64,000 bases of DNA from Chrysomallon squamiferum. Taxonomy: Eukaryota; Animalia; Mollusca. The stretch covers positions 8,680,001 to 8,744,000 of the forward strand of contig CM022672.1 of the NCBI GenBank assembly GCA_012295275.1. The letters run 5' to 3'. Position 1 is the first letter of the stretch. The number at the start of each line of letters is the position of its first letter. Shown piece by piece: positions 26,188 to 39,103 of the stretch. A program made the translations under genes and the position numbers. The notes below the pieces were generated by a model. That model was not told the DNA's origin and did no database searches. It was given only the letters and a program-made list of their open reading frames with translations.

Positions 26188-26231
26188 GCGGATGCCGTGG
26201 CTATAATGGACAGCAAAACAAGAACCTTCAT
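26188..26231 (-). CDS. Secreted four-EF-hand Ca2+-binding protein (insoluble matrix shell protein 5-like), coding exon 1: signal peptide MKVLVLLSIIATASA
   Basis: ATG at 26231; acceptor tttaag| before 26243; phase-2 donor GC|GTACGT matches the next exon. Classic n/h/c signal peptide ending A-S-A. The joined product is 136 aa. Family name comes from recall of molluscan secreted EF-hand proteins, not a search. Confidence 0.88.
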
Positions 26232-27685
26232 GCTGGAAGCCGTCTTAAAAATAATAATAAATAAAAAATTTAAAATTATTTTCTCGATTAAGTAAACAAA
26301 TGTTAAATAAGTCTATTAACACTAAATATCTAAATAACATTTTAAAAAGTATGTTATATAAATTATCATATTTATTTATGAAAAGAAATTTATTTCGATC
26401 TGCTTCTCAAACACTTTTCTTTTTTTTTTTTTTTATTTTTTAATTAAATAAATTTAAATATTTAATAAACGTTAAAATAAAAGAAAAAAATTAAAATATA
26501 TAAGTAAATATATGAATAATAAACGTAAAATAAATAAATAAATAAAATATATATAATATAAAAATTAAAAGAAACGTAAATAAATAAATTCAAAAGTAAC
26601 TAAAATCTGCTATATATTTTTTAGAAAAATAATATATGTAAAATAAATAAAAGATAATATATGAATTAATAAAATGAACTTAAAAATATTAATAAATTTA
26701 AAAGTTAATTAATCGATTATATATTTTTTACAAAACTATATTAAATATCACTTTATTTTAGTAATTTATTTCCCGAAACAAATAAATTAAATTGCATAAT
26801 AATAATCATAATAATAATAATATAATAATAATAATAATAATAAATGTAAACATAAATAAGTAGTACATTTTTTTATTGAACTAAACTGTATTTTATCAAA
26901 ATAAATAAATAAATAAATAAATATATAAATAAATAAATAAATAAAATAACAAATTATTTCAGAAATATATTTTTAAGAATAAATTTATTTCACATTAACT
27001 GAAAATCATGTATTGAGTGGAATTCCTTCAATACATGAAATATGTGTATATCTGGATTAAAAACTTTTAAATTCATTTTTATTACTACTTTTCATTTTTT
27101 ATTTATCTCTTATTGTTTAATTTGATTTATTTATCTATGTATCTATTTTTTTTTTTTTTTTTTTTTTTTTGATATATTAATAATTTTATATTTGATTTAT
27201 TTACTTTCATTTTATTTAAATATATAATTTAAGTAATTTGATTTATTTATGTATGTTTTCATTTTATTTTTAATTATTTATTTTGAAGTGGAGGCAACAG
27301 TGTTTTATCATATAAATAAATAAATACATATGTGGGGGTGGGGGTAGTAGTATATGTATCTGTGTGCGTGTCTTTTTTTCTTTTATTGTTACTTTTCTTT
27401 TTCTTTTCTTTTTAATTTTTTCTTTAAAAAAACAAAATTTAATCCTTTTTATTTTTACCTTTTAATTTATTAATTTTAATTAATTTAAAATAAATAATAA
27501 TCATAATCATAACGATAAAGGGAAAGAAAAGAAAGAGGACAAACAAAAAAGAACCAAATTAACCCCCAAAACCCCAAAACAACCCCCAAACAACCCCCAA
27601 AACCCACGAGTATTAAAATAAAATAAAATGCTTTGTAAAAAGAATGAACAAACGTAAGAAGGTTAAACTATGTACATGTACTTAC

Positions 27686-27751
27686 ACAGCGATAACGTGA
27701 GAAGAAATGACACGTAAAGCTGACTTTTACTAATCAAATCGTGGTTATATG
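27686..27751 (-). promoter_or_regulatory. Putative core promoter and non-coding first exon of the EF-hand gene
   Basis: Minus-strand CATATAA at 27751-27745; Inr-like TCAGC with its A at 27721 (28 nt downstream of TATAA); donor TGT|GTAAGT after 27686; locally CpG-retaining. Confidence 0.55.
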
Positions 27752-29274
27752 CTCATCTGTTCCTTTCTCAGCCTTGTTCATCGCATGTTTTTTTTTTTTA
27801 TCATTTTTTATTATTATGCATACGAATGAACATTAATATCCATGTTTACGTGTGCGTAAGTGATGTCGTCATAGATAGAAAGATTGTCATGATCAATAGA
27901 TTTCGTTAAAGGAATACCCGGGTGAAATGTCAAGGATACTTGGCGTATTCCAGCTTGATAAAATATGAACATTATGAATACACATTTACACGTTCAGATA
28001 TTAGTATTATGAATAGAAGACTGAATTGTTATCTTGTCCTTCCTATATGTAGGTGTACAGGGGGGAAAAAAAAAATAATAATAAAAATTTCTTTTATAGA
28101 ATCATTGATGGTATTTTTTTAGATACTGAAAAACAGTACTGATGATGATGATGATGATGACGACAATAATAATTAATTAATTAATTAATTAAATAAACTA
28201 ATCCAAAATGTTACACGTTTTTGTTTTTATGCTTTCCCAGTAGATGATACTTTTTTCATGATTTTTTTTTATTGTTTATTTGGTCACTGTTATGATAAAC
28301 AGCATGAACCAGTGATGATATTTATTTAGTTAAGAGCTATTTTAGATCAATTACACATTTTTATGTGACATCTATTTATTTAGATAAAAAAAATTAATAT
28401 TTTTTTTATTTCCATCTGCATTTGTTTCTTGTGTGTGTGTATGTGTGTGCATGCATGTGAAAATTCTGAATATGTATCTATATGCGTTATTCTGCTTGTA
28501 TATAATCTTGTGTATGTATTATTCTGCTTGATTGTGCTTTTTTAATGCTATAACAATAACAACAAACATATAAATCTACTGAAGTATTTTATTTCAAATC
28601 AATCAACATATCAGTCTGGATGTGTCTATTTAAAAGGTGCAACAGCTCTGTACACACAATAACACTGTCTATATTCTGATCCAGTCAAACTACACCTTAC
28701 ACATAGAAGTAAAAAAACAAAAACAAACAGAAAGTAGTCTTATGACAAAACACAGCCCTATGTGTGGAACTGAATTTCAGTTGAAAAACACATTAAAACA
28801 AAATCTATTTTCATATTCAAAAAAATAAATGGAATACCTAGTATTAGTGAAGTTTAAAACAGTGATAAATTTGTTATTTTCAACAATAAAAAACTATATC
28901 TGAATAAAGTAATAAGGAAAATATTAAACTTTTTTGTTAAATGTTTAAAAGTTCTAAACCTTTTTATTTTCAATAAATAAACTGTATTTCAATAAAGTTT
29001 AAAACAGTGTGAAACTTTTTATTTCCAAAAATGTTTAAAATTTACTTAACTTTTATTTTCATTACATAAGCTATATTTCAGTAAAATTTAAAACAGAGTG
29101 ATATATTAATATTTTCAGAAATTACTGTAGTCTGTACATTTTCTTTTTTCTTTTTAAAGCACAGGAATAATACATAAAAATGGACTTGCAACAATTTAAG
29201 TGCTTACAAATTTTAAACTAAATAGACACAAACAATAATTTGAAATTTGGGCTGTTTTATTCAAAAAAAAAAAA

Positions 29275-29308
<34 letters not shown>

Positions 29309-30014
29309 AATAAAATAAAATAAAATAAAATAATTAATTAATAAAAGACAGGAAAGATGGCAGCCTTCATTTTCAATAGCCAAGTTTCTTTCAACTCAAA
29401 AAATTAACAGGCTCATTTTATTAATGTAACAATATTGTTTCTGTAACTGTAGAATATTATTTACATATGTAAATTATTAACAGTCTGAAATACAATAGTA
29501 AATATACCATTTTGAAACTGTATCAGATGCACAGTTGCTATTCCATATTACTGAATAATGAGAGGTCTGGAAACTATTCAAAGATATTTCTATAATGTAA
29601 AACAGTATTATTCACATTTTTGTATCACTAACAATGATCTGCACACTTCTATTCCATAATACAGAATCTTTACTTTTTTTATATAACTAACAGTGGTCTG
29701 AAATAATTTTATAAATAATCTGATTTTTTTTTTTTTTTTTTAACTGCAAACTGATATTCCATATTAAATAATACATTTAGGTCTTAGGGGAGTATAACAA
29801 GATATTTCCAGGGTTTGTTATTAATCTTTAATAATAATGAATTACGACACCCTTCAAAATTCAATAGGTTACACTCCAACAAGATATTAAAAAAAGTTAG
29901 CTTGCAACATGGCATTGTTTATGATTGATTGGTGATATATCAATACAATGTGTTTCTGTTACTGCTATATATATTAATGTATAATGCAACCCATGCAGTT
30001 TTGATATGGAACCT

Positions 30015-30250
30015 TAACTGTCCACTGCAACCCATACAGAGAACCCAAACTCTATCACCTATTCAAATCCAATGGATCATGTTTTAGTCCTATGTAATAA
30101 TCACTGTAGTCTAATGGATCACATGTAGTAGTCCAGTGGATCAGATTTGGCAATCTAGTGAAAACTCATTACTGTAATCCAGTGGAACAATCACTGCAGT
30201 TCAGTGAAACACTCACTGTAAACCAATGGACTCCTACTGTTATCCAGTAG
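30015..30250. repeat. Degenerate short-period tandem repeat (CACTGTAGTCCARTGGATCA-like)
   Basis: Recurring cactgta/cactgca and cartgga motifs. Confidence 0.6.
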
Positions 30251-31112
30251 CTACAGGTTTTACTGTTTTGGTGTAAAAGTTCACAGCTTATAATGCCCAG
30301 TGATTTAATATCTCAAGAGAGAACAAAATAAAGTATACCATGCAACAGTATACTGTTATCTTTAATTAATTTATATTATACACCCCTATAGAAATGAGAG
30401 ACTGTTTTTCAAAAAACAACAGCAATCCAAAAAAACAAGACAAATGCAAACTTGCTATTGCACAATATATTTAACATGAGGAATGTGCGGCACAACTTAA
30501 AATCGTAAACAAAATATTTTAATAGTTATAAACATCAATGTATAAAATAAAAAAGTATTGAAAACAGAATGTAAAGCTACAAATATTATGTCAAGTAATA
30601 TTAAAATATAAAAATAACAGTAACAAAACAAATAATAACAAAATATATTATTAATAAACCATATAATAATGGCAACAATAATAATAACAATGATAATATT
30701 AATTTTTTTTGCTGTAAAAATGATGACTACTAATACTACTACTACCACTACTACTACTACTAATAATTATGATGATGATGATGATAGTCAATCCTCTTAA
30801 TCTTTTTTGATGTTGAGACTCTTAAGTCATTAAGCAACTTCTTAATTTTTGTGTTTTCTGATTAAACTTGATTAGACAATGGGTACAAATTTAAATTTTA
30901 AAAAAGATTAATAAACTTTTTTTTTAAAACATAATACAAAAATTAAGGAATGAAAAACACACTGTGAGGGAGTTTGTTTCTATCCCAACTACTTACCAGT
31001 TCTGAATAATTATTTTAATTTTGTCATTTATATAATTATTTGATTCATTCATTTTGGTTTCTACTACTTAAATGAGAAAATATGATTAATGTATAATTCA
31101 CATATATAATTA

Positions 31113-31150
<38 letters not shown>

Positions 31151-32324
31151 AATCAAAGAAAGAAAATCAATTTATGGTCCCAGGGTTTAGAAACCAAATG
31201 GGGTTGACCAAATAACAGTTCAATTAAAAAAATAATAATAATAAGACTTTCTGGTCATAATTTAGTGAAAAATTGATATTGGAAGCTTCTATTGATAACT
31301 GGAAGAAACAAACCCTAACTAACTCACAGTCCCCAGTGTTATACACATTAAGTGTGGTTGACCAAATATTTGTCAATGTGCATAAATATTTTGAAAAAAG
31401 AAAATCAAGAAATCAATTTGGGAAGTTTTTGTTTCATTTTAGATAAAAGAAAAAATAGAAAAAAATATATATATCACAAAGTATCAATATGAATTAGATT
31501 GCAAATGCTTATAACATTTATAACAAATACCTTATAACTATTGTATTTATATTTTCCAAGTAATGGTTAAGACTTGGTTTATCTGTAAAACTTTCAGAAT
31601 TAAGGTCAATCAAGGACAGTATACATAGGTGACCGATAAGAAGTTTTACTGATATTTCAGTGTGTAATATGTGAAGTGTAACATATGTTAGAATAGGAAA
31701 ATGTGTTGGAGATAAAATAAAAAATTGTAAGTTAAAATTAAAATTAGAAATAATAGTTTATTTAAATAATATTAGAAATAAATAGTTTATTTTAATAATA
31801 TAAATATTGGGAAACATTTTGTTTTGTCACAATTTCAAAAATTAGATTTACATTAAATACTGTTGATTTTTCTTTTTTTTTTTTCCTTTTTAAAAATTCA
31901 ATGTTGAAAAGGATGAAAAAAAAATCTTTCCATTAACATAAAACAATAAAAATAACAAAGTATTTTTAAAATCCAATACAGAAATTGAAAACAAAGATTA
32001 ACAGTGAATAATTTGCCTGAGATAACACATAATAAAAAATAAATTCAAACAAGAATTAAGTAACTGTCCATGCTAATCTACATCCAGTATACTATATCTA
32101 TTTGAAGTAACAGTAAAATATCAAACATTATATAACTAAATTCAGTTTTCTGTTCACATAAATAAGTTTCTTGTTTTCAAATAAATTAAACTGTTCTTTA
32201 AGCCTATAAATGTTAATTCATTTTCTCATTAATTAACTTGATAAAATAATTTATTGTTGTTATTATAGCAATTACATTAATTATTTAATTCAAGTGTTCT
32301 GATGAATTAATTCATTCATCATCA

Positions 32325-32389
<65 letters not shown>

Positions 32390-34522
32390 TACAAAGTACA
32401 TGTAACTAAAAAAAAAAAACAATTATAAAAAGACATTTCATTACTGACATACTCAAGATAGAAAAACATTCAACATATTCAACTTAAACAATAACAAAAC
32501 TGACAAAGAATAAAAATACTGCAAAACATTATAATACTATAACTGTATTTATAAAATGATTTTTATTCAGCTATGAACTATGAGAACAAGAATACTAAAT
32601 TAAATATATGCTATGTACATGCTATGTACATGCTATCTACATTCTAAAGGTATCTGTAACATTTCAAACATAAAATATTTATTATTTGACTTCTTCTAAA
32701 TAGCTTTGGCCATGATGATCTGTTCGGGCATTTTCTATTTTTTTGTTATATTTTATTTTATTATTATATATTTTTTTTTTTTCTATCTTAATTTTTAAAA
32801 AAAATAAACAATTTTTTTTTTTTTAAATTAAAAAGCTTGTTTATTGTTTGTTTTGGTTTGGTTTTTTTTTTTTTTTTTTTTTTCTTTGTCAAAATATTAA
32901 TTATAATGTAAGTTAAAAACAATTATAATCTGAAAAAAAAGAAAGAAATAAAGATTATGCAGAAAATCTGCACCTTAGTCATTATCTGAGTCATAATTAT
33001 GTTACCTAAAAATATAATTCAATGTCCTATTTGTATTTATATATTCTACATAAATATTTTCATATATATTTTTGAGAAACTGAATAATTCTACTTGATAA
33101 TGTGCTGGTTGTGTACACAATATCATTTATATAAACATTATGTTTATACTCTAACATAAAATATACTCTAACAAAGTAAAAAAAATTACAAAATGTCAGT
33201 CATGAAGGCAAGTCATATAAAATACAAAGTCATAAATAGCTAGTAGTAGCATCAAATAAAAATGTAACAAAATAAAAACAACAGAAATTGAGTATATTGT
33301 TGTGGTTCTTTTTGTAAAAGTAAAAATTCCCAGAGTGAGATGGTATTATGAATGGAATGTATTGCATCTTACAAGACTGGTCAAAGTATTATACTGAAAG
33401 AGTATCTAATGTCCAATATCACTCCTCCTCTCTTGTTAAAAAGCCCCAGAAGTATGTATATCTGTCTGTTTCTGTTCTAACCTTTTTTTCAAATACTGGC
33501 ATTTTTGTCACCAGCACCAAAGGCCAGATCACTGTCATTCTGACAAGCTCATTTGACAAATATTAAAGTTTTGTTTTAATTAGATAAATTTTATCACATT
33601 AGACATGCTGTGATTACTTTTAAAAAATGTACTGATTTTTATTTTTAGAACTACTTCTATTTTAACATTATTTGTAAAAAAATAAAAAATAAAAGATGTT
33701 TAACTGTTTGATTTTCCACCCTTCTGAATAATATATGTTTTATCAATACCAGTGAGAAATTCAGTTAAAAAATATCAGTCATTAAACTGTTTAATGCTGA
33801 CCTTTTTATACCCAGAAGACTATGACAAAATTTCAGATAAAAAATGTGACAATCATTAAATAATGTTTACTTCTCAAATTTTGCCATAATTTTCCTTTCA
33901 ATATATTATCTCTATCACCTCTGCTTATGAAAAAATTTGAAATAAGAATAGCAATCAAAACTGTTCTGCTGTTGTTTAAGTTCTATGCTTTACACTATTT
34001 TTGCAAAGTGGCACATAATCCAACAATTCACTTAATGAAAATGTCTTTCTACAGACACACAGTAGAAACATGGCTCTGTATAAACATAAATGGCTCATGA
34101 TGCTTTTCCTTATTAACACAGATCATTATTTGATGGCGTAATTACTATACACAAATTCATAAAGAGAAACTGAAATGAATTCTTAAAACATAAATGGTTC
34201 TATCCTTGACCCATTATGCTTCATGTTAAAGAGTTTGTGGAACGGGAACAAACAGTGATCTCCTACCAATACCCTGTTCCACTGTCTTTCTTCTCTGTTG
34301 CATATATAGGACTAAGGCAAAAAATATTCTAAAAACTGAAAATTAAAAACAAATATATATAATATATACGATACTAAAAATAAAAGTTATGTTTAATATT
34401 CAACTACTATTATTACTACTACTAATAATAAAAATAATAACAGTGTTGAATAATAATATTATTAATGCTGAATATAATAATAATAATAATGTGATAACAA
34501 TAGTAATAATAATAATAATAAT

Positions 34523-34570
<48 letters not shown>

Positions 34571-36065
34571 TCATCACCATCATCTTCTTGTTGATAATTT
34601 ATTATAATAATACTAGTAGTAACATTTATTAGAATAATAATAGCAATAGAAGTGATTAAATCTATGAATGGTATTTAAATTGTTTATTTACAGTAATTAA
34701 TAAGATGCGAAAACATTGAAGACAAAATATTCACAAACCGTTAATAGCTTGACTTTAAATATTAACACTAGATGATAATACATTTTTTCTTAAAAATCTA
34801 TGTATTTAAATAATTAAATATAACTTCACAATATTAATAAAATTATTAATAATTTTTTGAAAGTAATATTAACAAAAATATCACAAAACATTTAATGATA
34901 TGAAATCTTATTTTTTCTACAGTAAGTTACAAGTGAAAGAAATATATTTCATTGACAGAAAGAAAACAACACATTTACAATAGTAACAGTTTATACATAT
35001 ATATAAATATCTTATGATTAATGTGACCAGCAAATTGAAAACAATTATAACACTTTCCTAAAACTGTACAGTTTAATTCAAAGAATAAATTAGATATTTA
35101 TAAATATTTTACATTATTAATTCACATACATCATAATACTACTTTCTACAACATTTTTAAGAAAATAACACATCCAAAGATCTTTAATAATATTGAATCT
35201 CTTACACCAAATTGCAAATAATACCTTAACACAGTATTTAACAGTCAATTTACACATAAAACAAAATGTTTTTTTCTAGATTTTCTTCTCTTTTTAAAAA
35301 CCCTAAAACATTTCAGCATTTCAAACTGTAGAAAATAATAATTAAACATTTGTTATATGAGGTTCTGAGCAAAGTAAAGTTTAACATTCAGACAGCAAAT
35401 GAAAAAAAACGGAAGCCCCTCCATATGAGCTACAAGTATTCAATTTCTTTAAAAAATAACAATAAAAAAATAAAAATATATATGTTGTGTACAATAGTTT
35501 AATTTTGTCATATGAACAGCAGTGTTATCTATAATTCAGCAAACTGCTAGTATTTCTAAATAACAAATATAATTCTGCAAAAACAGTCATTAAGAAACTG
35601 TCACAAAATGAACTTTAATGCTGGTTGTAAACAAAAGAATTTTTAAGATACAAATAAAATAATTATCTAAAAGAAACTAATGTATGTTTTGTTTGTTTTT
35701 GAATAAAATATATATCCTCTATTAGCTATAAAAAAAAAAAATAATAATAATAATAAAAACAACATATTAACAATAATCTTTGTTTAAAGACACTAATTCT
35801 ATGGCTATATTACAAATGAATAAACTGCACCAATAGTTAAAATATTTCAAACAAAAATAATGAGAATGACTACAGTAAATATAATAGAATTGCCTACGAC
35901 AGTAGATGAATTTATTTGTTCAAGCTGGTAACGTTGAGACTAAAAGCACCAGAAGTTTTACACACTGCAACATTTTCACACCTAAAGCATTTACAACATC
36001 AACATCAACAATTAGTGTTAGGAGTTGAAGAAACTGGTTTTGTAGAAATTAATGTTCCAAATTTT

Positions 36066-36110
<45 letters not shown>

Positions 36111-36441
36111 GCCAGTATAATTACAACACTAACAGCAAATTTTTAAACCACCCCAAATTTTGTTTATGCAATCTGCCATCTAATAATAAAAAAATTAACA
36201 AGCTTTTACTTAAAACATGTGAAGTAGCTGCAAAATAAGTAAGCGATAAATAAATTAATGAATGAATGAATGAGTTAATGAATAAATAAATAATTATTTA
36301 ATTTTTCCCCATTATTATATTTTGCAGTTATAATAATTTAATATTAAAAAGAAGAAAATTAAATATAAAATTACAAATACTTTCTACTGCAAAAAATATT
36401 CTCTCTATTAAAGTATTTCCATATTTGTTTGATATCATCTC

Positions 36442-36472
<31 letters not shown>

Positions 36473-37707
36473 TGTATATTTCAGATTATACAAAGCAATT
36501 TAATTTATGTATGGGCATTTTATTATTAATATTATTATGACTGTTATTATCATTATTGTTATTATTATTAAATCAAACTCCAATCAGAAAGGGTTAGTAT
36601 TTTAAACCAGTGCAGTTCACCTCAAAAAAAAAAATCCACAAAAACTTTGAAATAATGAATTCAGTTTGGTTCAAGACTAAATGATCTGAGATAGTTCCTT
36701 TGTCTCTGAAATAATTTATCTATTGAGAAAGGTTAAAAGAAGTTTCTCCTTTTCTACTATACTATAAACTGTAACAAAATATCTAAAACAGTAACACTGC
36801 AGTCTAATTCCTTACCTCTAAAAGCACTATCTCTATTTCACTGCAAACACATGTATACTATTGCTATAGCCTTCCTGATTTTTTTTTTATCAGCTTTATT
36901 TTACTTATTTATTTAAATTATTTATTTATTTATTTATTTTATTACTTATTTAATTATTTATTTAAATTACTTTAGTCATTTATTTATTTATTTATTTATT
37001 TATTTATTATTTACAAGATATTTCCATTACAATACAATTTTATTCAGTTTTTATCAAAAGAAGTAAAATATATTTACATATTCTAAGAACAGAAATGGAA
37101 AAAAAACAAAAAAACAACCCATTTTGCATTATGTATTGAAAACAGAAATTAAAATAATGTTGATAAAACATAATTTAATTTTTTGAAAAAAGCAACAGCC
37201 TAACACAATGAATAGTCATGCACACACACAAAATGTGATCACAGCTAAAGAAATTGATCTAATTAATTTTTTAATCAATAAATTTGTATTATTATTATGA
37301 TCAATATCGTTTGGGGGTCTTAAAAAAATACTGTTTTACTAAAGAAGCATGTAGCTTGAAACAGTTTAAAATGTACTCACTGATAAGAAATATATATTTT
37401 TAGAAATAAAACTATAAAATGTTAAAAATACATGAAAACATTTAGATAAATTAATGAGTTAATGAAAACGCTAGAAATGAATAATAATAATTATTATTAT
37501 TATTATTATTATTACTGTAATAAGAATAATAAATAATAAAAACAATATTAGTAAAAATAAAGATAATAATAATTGTAAAAGGTAAATGTAATATTTTTAA
37601 ATGATTTTTCTGCTATGAACTTACTAGAATACTCAAATATTTCTACCTGCACTTTCTTTATACTAGATTTTATATTTCAAATAAAACTGATTTTAATATA
37701 TTGAAAA

Positions 37708-37742
<35 letters not shown>

Positions 37743-38005
37743 ATCTGTGTATGCTTTAAAATAATACTTACATATAAAAAAAAAAAAATGCATTTTAATA
37801 TGCATTTAAATATTTCAATCCAGAACCATTTTTTTCTACCAATTTCTTTACTGTATGATCTCATGCATCTATCTAGTGAATGCGTGAAGGGAAAACACAC
37901 ACAACATCAAGAAGCTACAGTGGAATGTTCTAATCATGCTTGCTGCTCAGAGAGAGGGACTACTCCAGTCATGGCCAGTGAGAAATGTCCACTTACATGA
38001 AATGG

Positions 38006-38109
38006 CTACTGGACAACGCACTTCTGAGTTATGTCCCCTACACTGTCAGCAATTTTAGATGGCAGATCACTCACTTTAGATTGGAGTTCGCTTAAGTTTG
38101 TGGGGAAGG
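38006..38109 (-). CDS. cpx: Complexin, last coding exon (TFPTNLSELQSKVSDLPSKIADSVGDITQKCVVQ*) with CAAX box
   Basis: Strong acceptor ttttttcctgttttcag|; phase 1 matches the upstream exon; amphipathic tail ending CVVQ-TAG, comparable to Drosophila Cpx7A (CVMQ). Absent from the ORF track. Confidence 0.92.
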
Positions 38110-39050
38110 CTGAAAACAGGAAAAAAGAGACGATTGCACACGCAAGTCAACACAGCACATTAACATCATCACAGGCAGCAAAAATGTGTGTTGGCAACAG
38201 TTCATCTTTACAACATGGACATGGGTGGAAAGGGAGATAAATGCATATCAAATGATAATTCAGCATATATCAAAAAAAAAAAAAAGTGATTTGCATACCA
38301 TTATTCTTTTGATTATTATTACTACTATTTTATTTTTTATTTTTTTTTATTACATTTTTTATTTTTTATTTTATTTTTTTTTATTATTATTATTTTCATT
38401 GGCTTTTATTTTTTTTTCTCTAATTCTTTTTCTTTAACAGTTATTATTATAAATAATTTAATTTAATTATAAAAAATGACATAACACCCTTTTTTCCTAA
38501 AAACTATTACTATTATTAGATTCAGGTTTTTAAAAAATTTGATATCATAAGTAGTAAGAATAGCATTGATTTTAATACAAATAAAAAAAGGATTTAATAT
38601 AAATTACATATTAAATATTAATATTAAATTATATTTTTGTTGTCAAATGATCTGCAATTAAATTTTTTGGACCAAATTCTACAAGCTGGCTATTATAAAT
38701 TTAATTATATTTAAAAGGAAAAAAAGGTCAAAGCTTTTTTTAATAAATGGAAATTCAGTTCATGTATCAGATTCCTTATTAAATCAATATATATTTTTAC
38801 ACTCCAAAATTCATTTATAAATGTTTTGAATCCTCTTTTTTCTTTTAGCATCACATAAAGGAAAAGTGCACTGGGATTTGACAAAGATTCAATAAAAACT
38901 GGTGATGAGCAAAATGTGATTATAAAAAAAAGAACAACCCATGCAGAAGAATCAGTAAGAAATAAAATTCATGTCAGAATCAGTTGTTAAAATATACATC
39001 ATGCATGTAACTGAATCAAAGCATTCAAATAAAAAATAAAAATACAGAAG

Positions 39051-39103
<53 letters not shown>

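Noticed and set aside
30997-31001. Microexon-like tcag|AACTG|gtaagt
   Set aside because: Lies downstream of the complexin stop with a poor pyrimidine tract; it shows such patterns can arise by chance.
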